Position numbers and translations under genes: made by a program
Assembly: GCA_038063515.1 (NCBI GenBank)
Contig: JBBTUY010000001.1
Coordinates: forward strand, 74,972 to 138,971
Direction: 5' to 3'
DNA from: Patescibacteria group bacterium
GTDB lineage: Bacteria > Patescibacteriota > Minisyncoccia > Phycocordibacterales > UBA9973
DNA length: 64,000 nucleotides
In this document: positions 28,561 to 37,628 of the stretch, one piece after another
How the letters are laid out: the number at the start of each line of letters is the position of its first letter
Numbering within the stretch: the stretch's first letter is position 1
The notes under the pieces: model-generated
The model's input: the letters and a program-made list of their open reading frames with translations, nothing else
Databases searched by the model: none
What the model was told of the DNA's origin: nothing

Positions 28561-28610
28561 ATTTTAGAATTAACTTGTTCATATTACTTATTTATTGATA
28601 TAATGTACAT

Positions 28611-29420
28611 ATGTACATAAAGAAATTTATTTCTGTTTTATTTTTAATAATTACGATATTTCCTGTCTATAAAACATATGCAGAAGTTTCTAACGCGGGG
28701 TTTGTGCCAGAAAGTATATGGTATTCTGTAGACCCCTTCAAAGAAGGTTATAAGATCAAGATATATACTTTCTTATTTAATCCCGATAAGAGAGAGCTCT
28801 CGGGTAGTGTGTCTTTCTTCGACAAAGATAATTTATTGGGTAAAAAAAATTTTACAATACCAGGTAATAGGGCACAAGACCTATCTGTTGACTGGGTAGT
28901 GACAGTAGGAACTCATAACATCTATGCAAAAATCGAAAATGCAAAGTTCCTAGTATCTAAAGGTGTATATGAAGATGCAAATCTTTCAGTAACAGAAACA
29001 AAAGAGAGTGTTCGTATTGTAAAAAAGCCTGTAATACCTCTGACGAAAGGAGATGCTACTATTAAAGAGGAAGACGTCACTAGTCCTAGCGTATTAGTAA
29101 AAGACATAGGGAATACTGTCGAAGAGCATACACCGAGCTTTATCTCAAATCCTCTTTTGAAGGCTATAGATTTTACAGAAGGTATGCGTACTAGTGTGGA
29201 TGTAAATATCAGTGATAAAAGAGATGCAGTAAAAGAAGACTTAGAAAACATAAAGGAAACTGTAAAAAATGATAATATTTTCCTAAAACCTTGGAAGTAC
29301 GTAGAGCTCTTTTTATTAACATTATTTTACTTTATATTTGACCACAAAATAGTATTTTATCTCATCTTAGTATTCCTCTTATACCTTGTACTGCGTTCTA
29401 TTTGGAATAGGTTTTTCTGA
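28611..29420 (+). CDS. Exported Ig-like (CARDB-like) protein with C-terminal membrane anchor
   Basis: Signal peptide, beta-rich domain (W..TVGTHNIYAKI), hydrophobic C-terminus. Confidence 0.6.
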   Translation: MYIKKFISVLFLIITIFPVYKTYAEVSNAGFVPESIWYSVDPFKEGYKIKIYTFLFNPDKRELSGSVSFFDKDNLLGKKNFTIPGNRAQDLSVDWVVTVGTHNIYAKIENAKFLVSKGVYEDANLSVTETKESVRIVKKPVIPLTKGDATIKEEDVTSPSVLVKDIGNTVEEHTPSFISNPLLKAIDFTEGMRTSVDVNISDKRDAVKEDLENIKETVKNDNIFLKPWKYVELFLLTLFYFIFDHKIVFYLILVFLLYLVLRSIWNRFF

Positions 29421-29456
29421 TTTGGTAATTCGTTGATAAGAGTGTAGTATAAGAAA

Positions 29457-29690
29457 ATGGTAGTACGAATCGGAGCTTCTTTAATACTCTTTTTATCTCT
29501 TTTCTTTATGCCTTTTTGGGTGACGATAATTCTTGTACTTCTGGGGATAGTTTATTTTAAGTGTTTTGTCGAAGCTTTATTCTTTATCTTATTATCTGAT
29601 TTAATTTTTAGCCTTTCTTTCTTTTCTTTTTTAATTATTCTCCCTACTTTTTTCTTGATAGAATTTTTCAAAAAGAAAGTTAACTTTTAG
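29457..29690 (+). CDS. Small integral membrane protein (sits where mreD would, upstream of PBP2)
   Basis: 77 aa, almost fully hydrophobic; stop 1 nt before the mrdA start. Confidence 0.6.
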   Translation: MVVRIGASLILFLSLFFMPFWVTIILVLLGIVYFKCFVEALFFILLSDLIFSLSFFSFLIILPTFFLIEFFKKKVNF

Positions 29691-29691
29691 T

Positions 29692-31392
29692 ATGATCACT
29701 AGAATTTTTAAAAAAAATAAATTAAAGAAAAACTTCTTTGTCGATCCTGACGAGATTTTTCTTGATTCTAAAAATATACAAAACTTTGATAGACAACAAT
29801 TTGAAGGAAGAATAGAAAAAACAATATCTAAAAGTAATATTTTAATTTTAAGTATTTTGTTTTTAATTGTTATTGGAACTTTCGGCAGTAGGCTCATATA
29901 TCTTCAAGTAAATAAAGGTGAAGCATATCTAAAAAGAAGCGAGAACAATATATTAGAAAAAGACATCATATTTGCTAATAGGGGAATAATATATGATAGA
30001 AATAAAGCTGAAATTGCTTGGAATAAACTCAACCAAGATGAGAATACAGAAACCCCATCACTTCTACGCTCTTATTTAACACCCGGATTTTCTCATTTGC
30101 TTGGGTACGTGAGCTATCCAACTCGAGATAAAGATGGGAATTATTGGCAACAAGAATTTGTAGGGAAAGATGGTCTTGAAAAACAGTACAATGATGACAT
30201 AAGAGGCGAAAATGGCTCAAAGATAATAGAGAAAACTGCGCGTGGCGAAGTGTACTCAGAAAACATTGTAAATATTCCGAAACAAGGAAAAGATTTAATT
30301 ACAACCATAGACTCGAGAGTACAGAAACAACTGTTCCTTTCTATTAAAAATTTATCAGAAAAAAGTTCTTTCTCTGGAGGGGCTGGCATCATAATGGATG
30401 TCAGAAATGGAGAGATACTTGCTTCTACAAGTTTTCCTGAATATGATTCCGAAATTCTTTCACTTGGAAAAGACAAAGCCACAATCAACGAATACATCAC
30501 AGACAAAAGAAAGTTCTTTTTAGATAGGAATATTTCTGGCTTATATACTCCAGGGTCTATCATGAAACCATTTTTTGCTTTGGGTGCTCTAAATGAAGGA
30601 ATAATTTCTCCTTCAAAAGAGATTTTATCTACAGGGTCCATCTCTATTCCAAATCCATATTTCCCCGATCAGGAAACAGTTTTTAAAGACTGGAGAGTAA
30701 ACGGCTGGACGGACATGGCAGAAGCCATCGCTGTATCTTCGGATATATATTTTTATGCTATAGGTGGAGGGTATAAAGATCAAAAAGGTTTAGGTATAGC
30801 TAATATTGAAAAATATACTAGGCTTTTTGGTATAGGTACTCCAACAGGAGTAGATTTGCCAGATGAAAAGGGTGGCGTCATACCAAACCCACAATGGAAG
30901 CTAAAGAACTTTAAAGGTGATCCATGGCGTGTTGGTGATACGTACCACACTTCAATAGGGCAGTACGGCTTTCAGGTGACTCCTATAGAGATGGTGCGAG
31001 CTGCGGGTGCGCTTGCTAACTATGGTAAACTGATGACCCCACACTTTATTTTAGATGATAAAGAAAGAAAAGAAAAATTTACTACAATTAATTTAAATCG
31101 AGATTATTTTGATGTAGTAAATAAAGGAATGCGTCAGACAGTCACAGAGGGTACTGCAGTATCTTTAAATGTACCTTATGTGCAAGTTGCAGCAAAGACA
31201 GGTACTGCACAACTCGGACTGGCTAAAAATAGAGTTAACTCATGGATCATGGGATTCTTGCCTTATGAAAATCCTAAGTACACTTTTGTTATTATGATGG
31301 AATCTGGTCCACTCGATAGTGGCAGTGCTTCCTCTGTAATGCGAGAGCTTTTGGACTGGATGTATAACAATACTCCAGAATATTTTCAGTAA
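29692..31392 (+). CDS. mrdA: Penicillin-binding protein 2 (class B transpeptidase)
   Basis: RGIIYDRN, GKDGLE, PGSIMK (SxxK), SSD, KTGTAQ. Confidence 0.9.
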   Translation: MITRIFKKNKLKKNFFVDPDEIFLDSKNIQNFDRQQFEGRIEKTISKSNILILSILFLIVIGTFGSRLIYLQVNKGEAYLKRSENNILEKDIIFANRGIIYDRNKAEIAWNKLNQDENTETPSLLRSYLTPGFSHLLGYVSYPTRDKDGNYWQQEFVGKDGLEKQYNDDIRGENGSKIIEKTARGEVYSENIVNIPKQGKDLITTIDSRVQKQLFLSIKNLSEKSSFSGGAGIIMDVRNGEILASTSFPEYDSEILSLGKDKATINEYITDKRKFFLDRNISGLYTPGSIMKPFFALGALNEGIISPSKEILSTGSISIPNPYFPDQETVFKDWRVNGWTDMAEAIAVSSDIYFYAIGGGYKDQKGLGIANIEKYTRLFGIGTPTGVDLPDEKGGVIPNPQWKLKNFKGDPWRVGDTYHTSIGQYGFQVTPIEMVRAAGALANYGKLMTPHFILDDKERKEKFTTINLNRDYFDVVNKGMRQTVTEGTAVSLNVPYVQVAAKTGTAQLGLAKNRVNSWIMGFLPYENPKYTFVIMMESGPLDSGSASSVMRELLDWMYNNTPEYFQ

Positions 31393-31405
31393 CTAGTATA
31401 CACAA

Positions 31406-31439
31406 AACTAAAAAACTCCTATATGGGAGTTTTTTAGTT
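31406..31439. terminator. Bidirectional terminator between mrdA and pilin
   Basis: AACTAAAAAACTCCT-atat-GGGAGTTTTTTAGTT between convergent genes. Confidence 0.85.
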
Positions 31440-31455
31440 GCTATGTTTTTATATA

Positions 31456-31932
31456 TTAGCGAGTTAAACAGAAACTAGTACTTCCTGAGATTGCTGCTTC
31501 AGCGTGTAGTGGTGCACATATTGTGTAGCGGCTATTTTCATACTTAATTGTATAGTCTGTGTCAGCAACATCACCACTAGATGGATCAAAAGGTAAAGCT
31601 GATGGAATATATCCAGGTACTAAACAAGTTAGGTTAACAAGACCAGAATCTGTACCAATATTTGTAGTAGTAGCAGTAGGTACGTTAGTTATACCTGAAC
31701 AAGTAGTAGTAGATAATGGTAATCCTTTGTTATCCACAAGATTTTGTCCTACAGCGTTTAAAATTGTATTTACGTGTGACTCACGTTGTGTGTTGCGAGC
31801 TTGAGCAAATTGCTTAGCTGGATTTATAGCGATAATAACTATTGTTGCTAGTATAGCTATAATACCTATAACAACTAAAATTTCGATCAATGTAAAACCT
31901 TTATTCTTACTTATATTTTTTAAATTCTTCAT
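31456..31932 (-). CDS. Type IV pilin (likely major pilin)
   Basis: KG|FTLIEILVVIGIIAILA prepilin motif; INPAKQFAQARNTQR. Confidence 0.92.
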   Translation of the reverse strand: MKNLKNISKNKGFTLIEILVVIGIIAILATIVIIAINPAKQFAQARNTQRESHVNTILNAVGQNLVDNKGLPLSTTTCSGITNVPTATTTNIGTDSGLVNLTCLVPGYIPSALPFDPSSGDVADTDYTIKYENSRYTICAPLHAEAAISGSTSFCLTR

Positions 31933-32047
31933 ATAAAATTCTTAATAATAATTTTGCCAAATGACATAAAACATTTAATTTCGACTGGTTATACTAATTA
32001 GTATGTACTATACTACTTTTACATAAGCTGTAAAGGGTATATATAAT

Positions 32048-32452
32048 TTATATTTCTTCATAATATTCTATAGCTAGAGTACTTTTGTTTACTTCCACAC
32101 GAAGATTTGTTGTGGCATTCTGAAATACAGACGTAGTGTTTATAATTATTGGATTTGATGATGGATCTATATTACCTATGTTGCAAGTGTTACTGCCAGA
32201 AATAGTTTGATTTTCTGATCCTGTGTAGCTTGAGTTGTTTGCAAGCTTTAATATTGCAGTATCTATACATGCTTCAGCTAGGCTTGAACTCCTTTTTTTA
32301 AATTCATTATCTAAAATATTAGACCTACTGTAGAAACCCGTGAATCCTAAGTTTGTGGTTATGAGCAGGAGAACAATAGAAATTATTATCGCAGACATTA
32401 ATGCTACAAAGCCAGAGTTATGTCTATTTTTCGTGTAATTTATATTTCTCAT
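32048..32452 (-). CDS. PilX/GspK-like minor pilin
   Basis: SG|FVALMSAIII without E5; LAEAC motif. Confidence 0.75.
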   Translation of the reverse strand: MRNINYTKNRHNSGFVALMSAIIISIVLLLITTNLGFTGFYSRSNILDNEFKKRSSSLAEACIDTAILKLANNSSYTGSENQTISGSNTCNIGNIDPSSNPIIINTTSVFQNATTNLRVEVNKSTLAIEYYEEI

Positions 32453-32949
32453 TTACGAATATATTTAGTGATACTAAAAGGGTAGTCTTTGCCATCTTTT
32501 ACTATTAGGAAACTCGCTGTGATTCCAGCAGGTGACGAATCAATAGGAGCAATGTATGCAAAATTTAAGCTTGAAGCCTTTACTGTGACATTGTCTGTAG
32601 TTAATGGTAGGTAAGTATTTGGTCCCACGTTTTCTTTCATTTCTATTTTAGTGCCATTTAGTCTAATATTTATTTGGTTGGCGTCATATTTTGTAATGTT
32701 TAGATTGTTAGAGTTAAGGTTACCAGTACTTGGAGTTGTGATGGTCGAGATGCCAGTTAAGGCATAATTTATTTTTCTCAATACAAAGATACCTTCTTCT
32801 TGAGTTGTGTTTTTCACACTGAGCTTTCCTGAACCATCTATTATTTGATGAGTAGTTATAAAAGCTGTGCCTATTAAAAGAGAAAACAATGCAATGTATA
32901 TTATGACTTCTATTAAAGTAAAACCTTTTTTATTTCTAGGGTTGATCAT
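32449..32949 (-). CDS. Minor pilin (PilW/GspJ-like)
   Basis: KG|FTLIEVIIYIALF prepilin motif. Confidence 0.85.
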   Translation of the reverse strand: MINPRNKKGFTLIEVIIYIALFSLLIGTAFITTHQIIDGSGKLSVKNTTQEEGIFVLRKINYALTGISTITTPSTGNLNSNNLNITKYDANQINIRLNGTKIEMKENVGPNTYLPLTTDNVTVKASSLNFAYIAPIDSSPAGITASFLIVKDGKDYPFSITKYIRK

Positions 32950-34480
32950 AAATTACATGTAATGCATTATTGCTTTTGACTGCCAAATATATTTTATCAT
33001 CTAAGAATTCTATTCCAGCTATGGCTTGAGGGAAATTAAAATCACTCCATATTGTGTTTAAGTTATTTGAATTCCAGACTTGGAATTCTGCACCACTGTC
33101 GCTCGTACCTAAAAATATAAAGTTCGATGCAAGTGATATGCCTGCAACTAGCGCATTACTAGGATTTAGGTTTAAATCCTTTCCTGATATTATTGAGAGA
33201 TCACTCTTTTTAAGAATATAAAGCTCAGGTCTACCCGATGCTGTTTGTTTACGTCCGAGATATATTTTATTTCCTAGTAGATTAACACTTGTTCCATCTT
33301 CAGCACCGTCTGCATCGAATAATGTGTCTGAGGTAATATTGGCTGGGTTTGTGATATTAAGTATAGTTAATTCTTGATTATCACCTGAGGTTGCTAGGTA
33401 TGCTTTATCTCCTGTGATATTTATAGAATTAATATTATGGTTTACATTAAAACTTCCAAGCCATATAGGGTTGCTAGGGTTGCATCCTAGTATGCTTGTG
33501 TCAGATACACAGTACACATGAAATTCATTATTTTGTGAAATGGGTATTGCTAAGTTAGCAATATATTTTGTTCCTATGTACACTTTTCCATCATAGAAAA
33601 ATATACTTTGCCCGGCCAGGCAAGGACTTGCAGCTGGAGAGCATGTAAATATTATATTAGGCAAAGTTCTAGATGTTACAACTGTCGGTGTTGCGGGATT
33701 GGTTATGTTTATTATTTGTAATTGGTTCGTATTACTATTTTGAACTACATATGCATATATTTCATTCGTATTAACATCTTTTGCTACATCGACAGCATTT
33801 AATCCGACACCTGTATTTAGTTGTCCTATAATAGTAGGAGGATTTACTTCTAAATTAAAAGACCAAAAATCATTACTTGTTGTGGCTGTGTGAGTGGAAG
33901 TTAAAAACACATATTTGTTTCCATTTACTTTCATTGCATCGAGACCAGTACCTTGGTTTCCTCCAGGATTAATGTCTGTTGAAGCAAATGATTGAGGATT
34001 GGTCCAGTTTGTAGTGGGTGGTTCCGTCACGCAATCTCCACCGAGCGCAAAAGCTCCTGTAATATCAGAGAGAAATGTTGATAACTCTACTTTTTGTGGA
34101 CGAATACTATTAGTCCAAGTGACGTCACTTATGACTTTCTTTTTACACTGAGTGAGGTCTTCTACTATTATATTTTTATTATACGTTAAAGGCCCGCTCA
34201 CCTCTGTGCCCGTGGATGAGTTTACAGAATTAAAATCTTGCCTAGACAATGCTCTCATAGCTTCTAAATTTTTCTCTGCTTTACTTATGGCTTCGTTGTT
34301 GGTCTCTAGGTCTATGGCCATCGACTGATTTCCAAACACTACGATAATTACAGATCCCATACATAGTATAAGAATAGTAAAAGCTATTAGTATCTCTAAT
34401 GTAGCAAAACCTTTTCTGTTTTGTAGACGTCCGACGTCTACAAAGAGCTTTAAATTTTTACCAATTAATTGTTCCTTCAT
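32936..34480 (-). CDS. Large minor pilin with LVIVD-like beta-propeller domain
   Basis: KG|FATLEILIAF; repeats LQIINITNPATP and LTILNITNPANI. Confidence 0.75.
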   Translation of the reverse strand: MKEQLIGKNLKLFVDVGRLQNRKGFATLEILIAFTILILCMGSVIIVVFGNQSMAIDLETNNEAISKAEKNLEAMRALSRQDFNSVNSSTGTEVSGPLTYNKNIIVEDLTQCKKKVISDVTWTNSIRPQKVELSTFLSDITGAFALGGDCVTEPPTTNWTNPQSFASTDINPGGNQGTGLDAMKVNGNKYVFLTSTHTATTSNDFWSFNLEVNPPTIIGQLNTGVGLNAVDVAKDVNTNEIYAYVVQNSNTNQLQIINITNPATPTVVTSRTLPNIIFTCSPAASPCLAGQSIFFYDGKVYIGTKYIANLAIPISQNNEFHVYCVSDTSILGCNPSNPIWLGSFNVNHNINSINITGDKAYLATSGDNQELTILNITNPANITSDTLFDADGAEDGTSVNLLGNKIYLGRKQTASGRPELYILKKSDLSIISGKDLNLNPSNALVAGISLASNFIFLGTSDSGAEFQVWNSNNLNTIWSDFNFPQAIAGIEFLDDKIYLAVKSNNALHVIYDQP

Positions 34481-34907
34481 TATTGATCTTTATATGTTTC
34501 GGTGACCCATTTCCATTATCTACTATTACATCTATCTGATTTGTGGACGGAGAAAGCTGTGGTTTGAGCTTACCACTAATCCTATCAAAAACAACAGAAG
34601 GGAAGGTGAGAGTAAGGCTTGTATTTGCGGGAGTTTTTTCATCTGTACCTAATCCATCACAGGTACCGTCTCTAAAAATAATGTAATCAGGGGCGAGATA
34701 ACATACACCATGAGATGTATCAAACATATTTGCCATTGCACGACTGCGTGCTTTTTCTAAGAGAGATACTATTTTTGCATTCTCATTTAAAAATGTACTA
34801 GAAGTAAAAGATTGAAAATTTATAACTAAACCAAAACTGATGATGATAGTTAATATGCTGACAACAACAAGTATTTCAATAAGCGTAAGGCCCTTTCTGT
34901 ATTTCAT
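34458..34907 (-). CDS. FimT/GspH-like minor pilin
   Basis: KG|LTLIEILVVV; LEKARSRAM; IKINNEGTI C-terminus. Confidence 0.82.
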   Translation of the reverse strand: MKYRKGLTLIEILVVVSILTIIISFGLVINFQSFTSSTFLNENAKIVSLLEKARSRAMANMFDTSHGVCYLAPDYIIFRDGTCDGLGTDEKTPANTSLTLTFPSVVFDRISGKLKPQLSPSTNQIDVIVDNGNGSPKHIKINNEGTINW

Positions 34908-34908
34908 A

Positions 34909-36021
34909 TTACTTTACATTTAAATGTTGTGTAATGCCGTATATAGGTGTGATGATAGAAATTGCAATAAAACCAACAAGGATACCCATCACTATCATAA
35001 GTACAGGCTCTACCATGCTAGAGAGATTTTTAGTAAAGTCGTCTATTTCTGCTTCGTACATTTCAGAGAGGTAAATGAGAGAGTTCGATAAATTTCCACT
35101 CTGCTCTCCCACAGAAACTATCTGAGAGACTATGTCAGGAAATATGTCACGTCTTTTTATTAGATGTGTGGATATTTTAGACCCTCTATTCACTACAGCT
35201 GCAAGTAATTTGTATTCTTTTTTGTATACTAGGTTTGGTGTGGTCTTTGCAGATATGGGAAATGCGTCTCCCATGGTGATACCTCCACGCAAGAGTAATC
35301 CCATAGTGCGTGTAAAGTTCGCCATATTGTAATCTATTACTATTTTCCCAATGATAGGGATTTTAAAAAGTAATTTATCAACATGGAATGCAAAAATTTC
35401 ACTTTTCTTCATAGCGACCATAAATGCCACAAGCATTAAAATCAGAGCTATTAAAGTATAAAATCCATAATGATTTATGAAATTACTCATACCTATGACT
35501 ATGCGAGTAGAGAGTGGTAGCTCGTAATTCAAACTAGAGAATACAGGTAGTATTTTCGGGAAAAGAAATACCATAAGGAAAGTTATGATACCTATTGCTG
35601 CAATGGTTACTATGATGGGGTATATAGATGCGCTTATTATTTTCTTTTTTAAAATATGTCTTTTTTTCAGCTCATCAGCTACATATTCTAGATTTTCAGA
35701 TAGTATTCCACTTTGCTCTCCAAAACCAATTATGTTTATAGTAAATTCTCCAAATGTATTTTTAAATTTCTCTAGACTAGTAGAGAGATTCTGGCCATTT
35801 GAAATATTTGCGATCACTATGTCGAGGATTGTCGCATACGATTTTTTGCGAGTTTGTTCACGAATCATTACAAGTGACTCTCGCATCGGTATGCCAGCTT
35901 TTATCAGAAACGAAAGTCTTTTCACAAAAAAAGTCTGGTCTTTGATAGAAAGCCTTGCATATGGTGTTCCTTTCATTTTATCCCACAGTGATTTTCCTTT
36001 ATCTGCATCTTTCTTGTACAT
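34909..36021 (-). CDS. pilC: Type IV pilus platform protein PilC/GspF
   Basis: Two GEQSG-L repeats, ASIYP, EPVLMIVMG. Confidence 0.93.
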   Translation of the reverse strand: MYKKDADKGKSLWDKMKGTPYARLSIKDQTFFVKRLSFLIKAGIPMRESLVMIREQTRKKSYATILDIVIANISNGQNLSTSLEKFKNTFGEFTINIIGFGEQSGILSENLEYVADELKKRHILKKKIISASIYPIIVTIAAIGIITFLMVFLFPKILPVFSSLNYELPLSTRIVIGMSNFINHYGFYTLIALILMLVAFMVAMKKSEIFAFHVDKLLFKIPIIGKIVIDYNMANFTRTMGLLLRGGITMGDAFPISAKTTPNLVYKKEYKLLAAVVNRGSKISTHLIKRRDIFPDIVSQIVSVGEQSGNLSNSLIYLSEMYEAEIDDFTKNLSSMVEPVLMIVMGILVGFIAISIITPIYGITQHLNVK

Positions 36022-36034
36022 ATATAAATGTTAA

Positions 36035-37282
36035 TTATTCATGGATGACACGCAATACTTCTTCGACTGTAGTTAAACCATTTTTTACTTTTTGGAAACC
36101 ATCCTCAAACATAGTTGTCATTCCATTTTTTATAGCTATCTTTTTTATTTCGTTGGCTGAAGCTCTGCGAAGTATGGCTTCACGTATTTCTGTATCAGCT
36201 ACTAATACTTCGTTAATGCATATTCTACCTTTATATCCGCTATTCCCACACGTCTCGCATCCTTTACCTTTGTATACAAAATCATTATTAAAGAGTAGGG
36301 CAGAGTAAGGGGTCCCTGCAAGAGATTCTTTCATAGCATGAGTTATGGTGATTTTTTCTTTACAGTTTGAGCAAATTTTTCTGACGAGTCTCTGACCTAT
36401 GGCTATAGACACAGTCGAAGCTACTAGGTATTCCTCTATGCCCATGTCGAGAAGTCTAGGAAGTGTAGTAGCTGCATCATTTGTATGGAGCGTAGACAGC
36501 AAGAGGTGTCCGGTGAGGGCTGTGTTTACAGCCATGCTTGCAGTTTCCGCATCACGTATTTCACCTACCATTATTATATTTGGATCTTGTCTTAAGATTG
36601 ATCGTAGACCATTTGCAAATGTTAAACCACATCTCGCATTAACCTGTATTTGCTCTATTTCATCTACTGCATACTCTATGGGGTCTTCTATGGTGATGAT
36701 AGATACTTCGGGAGAGTTCAGCATCTTTATAAGGGTGTACATGGTGGTAGTTTTCCCTGAGCCTGTGGGGCCAGTAGATAGTATCATCCCATTTGTTTTT
36801 TTCATTGCTTCTTGTATTTTCTTTTTATCACTCTCACTAAATCCTAAATCTTCGAGAGTTGATTGTTCATTTTTATCTGAGAGTAAACGAAGAACAGCAT
36901 TTTCTCCGTGATAGGTGGGTACGATAGATACACGTAAGTCTATAAATTTACATGGCTCTTTACTATCTGTAGGAAAAACATATCTAAATCTTCCATCTTG
37001 AGTTGTTTGATGTTCATCCGTTCTTAGTTTTGAAAGTATTTTTATACGGGAAATTATTTCATTATTTATTTCTTTTGGTAGAGAGTATGCATCTTGTAAA
37101 ACGCCATCAACACGAAATCTAATGCGCACAGATTTAACTAAAGGGTCTATGTGTATATCTGAAGCTCTAAAAAAATACGCTTTTTCAATAAGCTGGTCAA
37201 ATAAATTTATTATAGAAATATCAACACCTCGAGCGAGTTCCTCCTGTACTTTATCCACATTTTTAATATTCATATCTTGCAT
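36035..37282 (-). CDS. pilB: Type IV pilus assembly ATPase PilB/GspE
   Basis: ASDIHIDP, GPTGSGKTTT, TIEDPIEY, LRQDPNIIMVGEIRD, Cys tetrad; start uncertain (37273-37291). Confidence 0.93.
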   Translation of the reverse strand: MQDMNIKNVDKVQEELARGVDISIINLFDQLIEKAYFFRASDIHIDPLVKSVRIRFRVDGVLQDAYSLPKEINNEIISRIKILSKLRTDEHQTTQDGRFRYVFPTDSKEPCKFIDLRVSIVPTYHGENAVLRLLSDKNEQSTLEDLGFSESDKKKIQEAMKKTNGMILSTGPTGSGKTTTMYTLIKMLNSPEVSIITIEDPIEYAVDEIEQIQVNARCGLTFANGLRSILRQDPNIIMVGEIRDAETASMAVNTALTGHLLLSTLHTNDAATTLPRLLDMGIEEYLVASTVSIAIGQRLVRKICSNCKEKITITHAMKESLAGTPYSALLFNNDFVYKGKGCETCGNSGYKGRICINEVLVADTEIREAILRRASANEIKKIAIKNGMTTMFEDGFQKVKNGLTTVEEVLRVIHE

Positions 37283-37397
37283 AAAATACAACTAGGTGCG
37301 TGTATATATAAAAATATATTATACTATAAAATCTGAAATAGAGCAGCCTCTCTTAACAAAAGTTAAACAAAGAAAGACTTTCCTAAAGGACATTTGA

Positions 37398-37428
37398 GTG
37401 TCCGTTAGATAATCTCGTGTCCGTTAGA
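37398..37428 (+). repeat. 12-bp direct repeat in divergent promoter region
   Basis: GTGTCCGTTAGA at 37398-37409 and 37417-37428. Confidence 0.85.
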
Positions 37429-37628
37429 ACTTGTTTTTGGTAATTTTTTATAAAAGTAGTTAAATTCTAAGATTTTCGTATAAAAAATGATTGACAAAGC
37501 ATAGTATTTAATATAGTTTCAAGCTTAGATATAAGCAATCTAACGTAATGTTTTATAGGATTTTTCGTCTACTATCGTAGTAAGGTTTGTTTTTATTATT
37601 AAAAGTGTTAAGTCTGAAGTTTTATAAT

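Noticed and set aside
37251-37259. DnaA box TTATCCACA (and a near match at 62331) as oriC
   Set aside because: Isolated boxes, one inside pilB; no cluster and no dnaA nearby.
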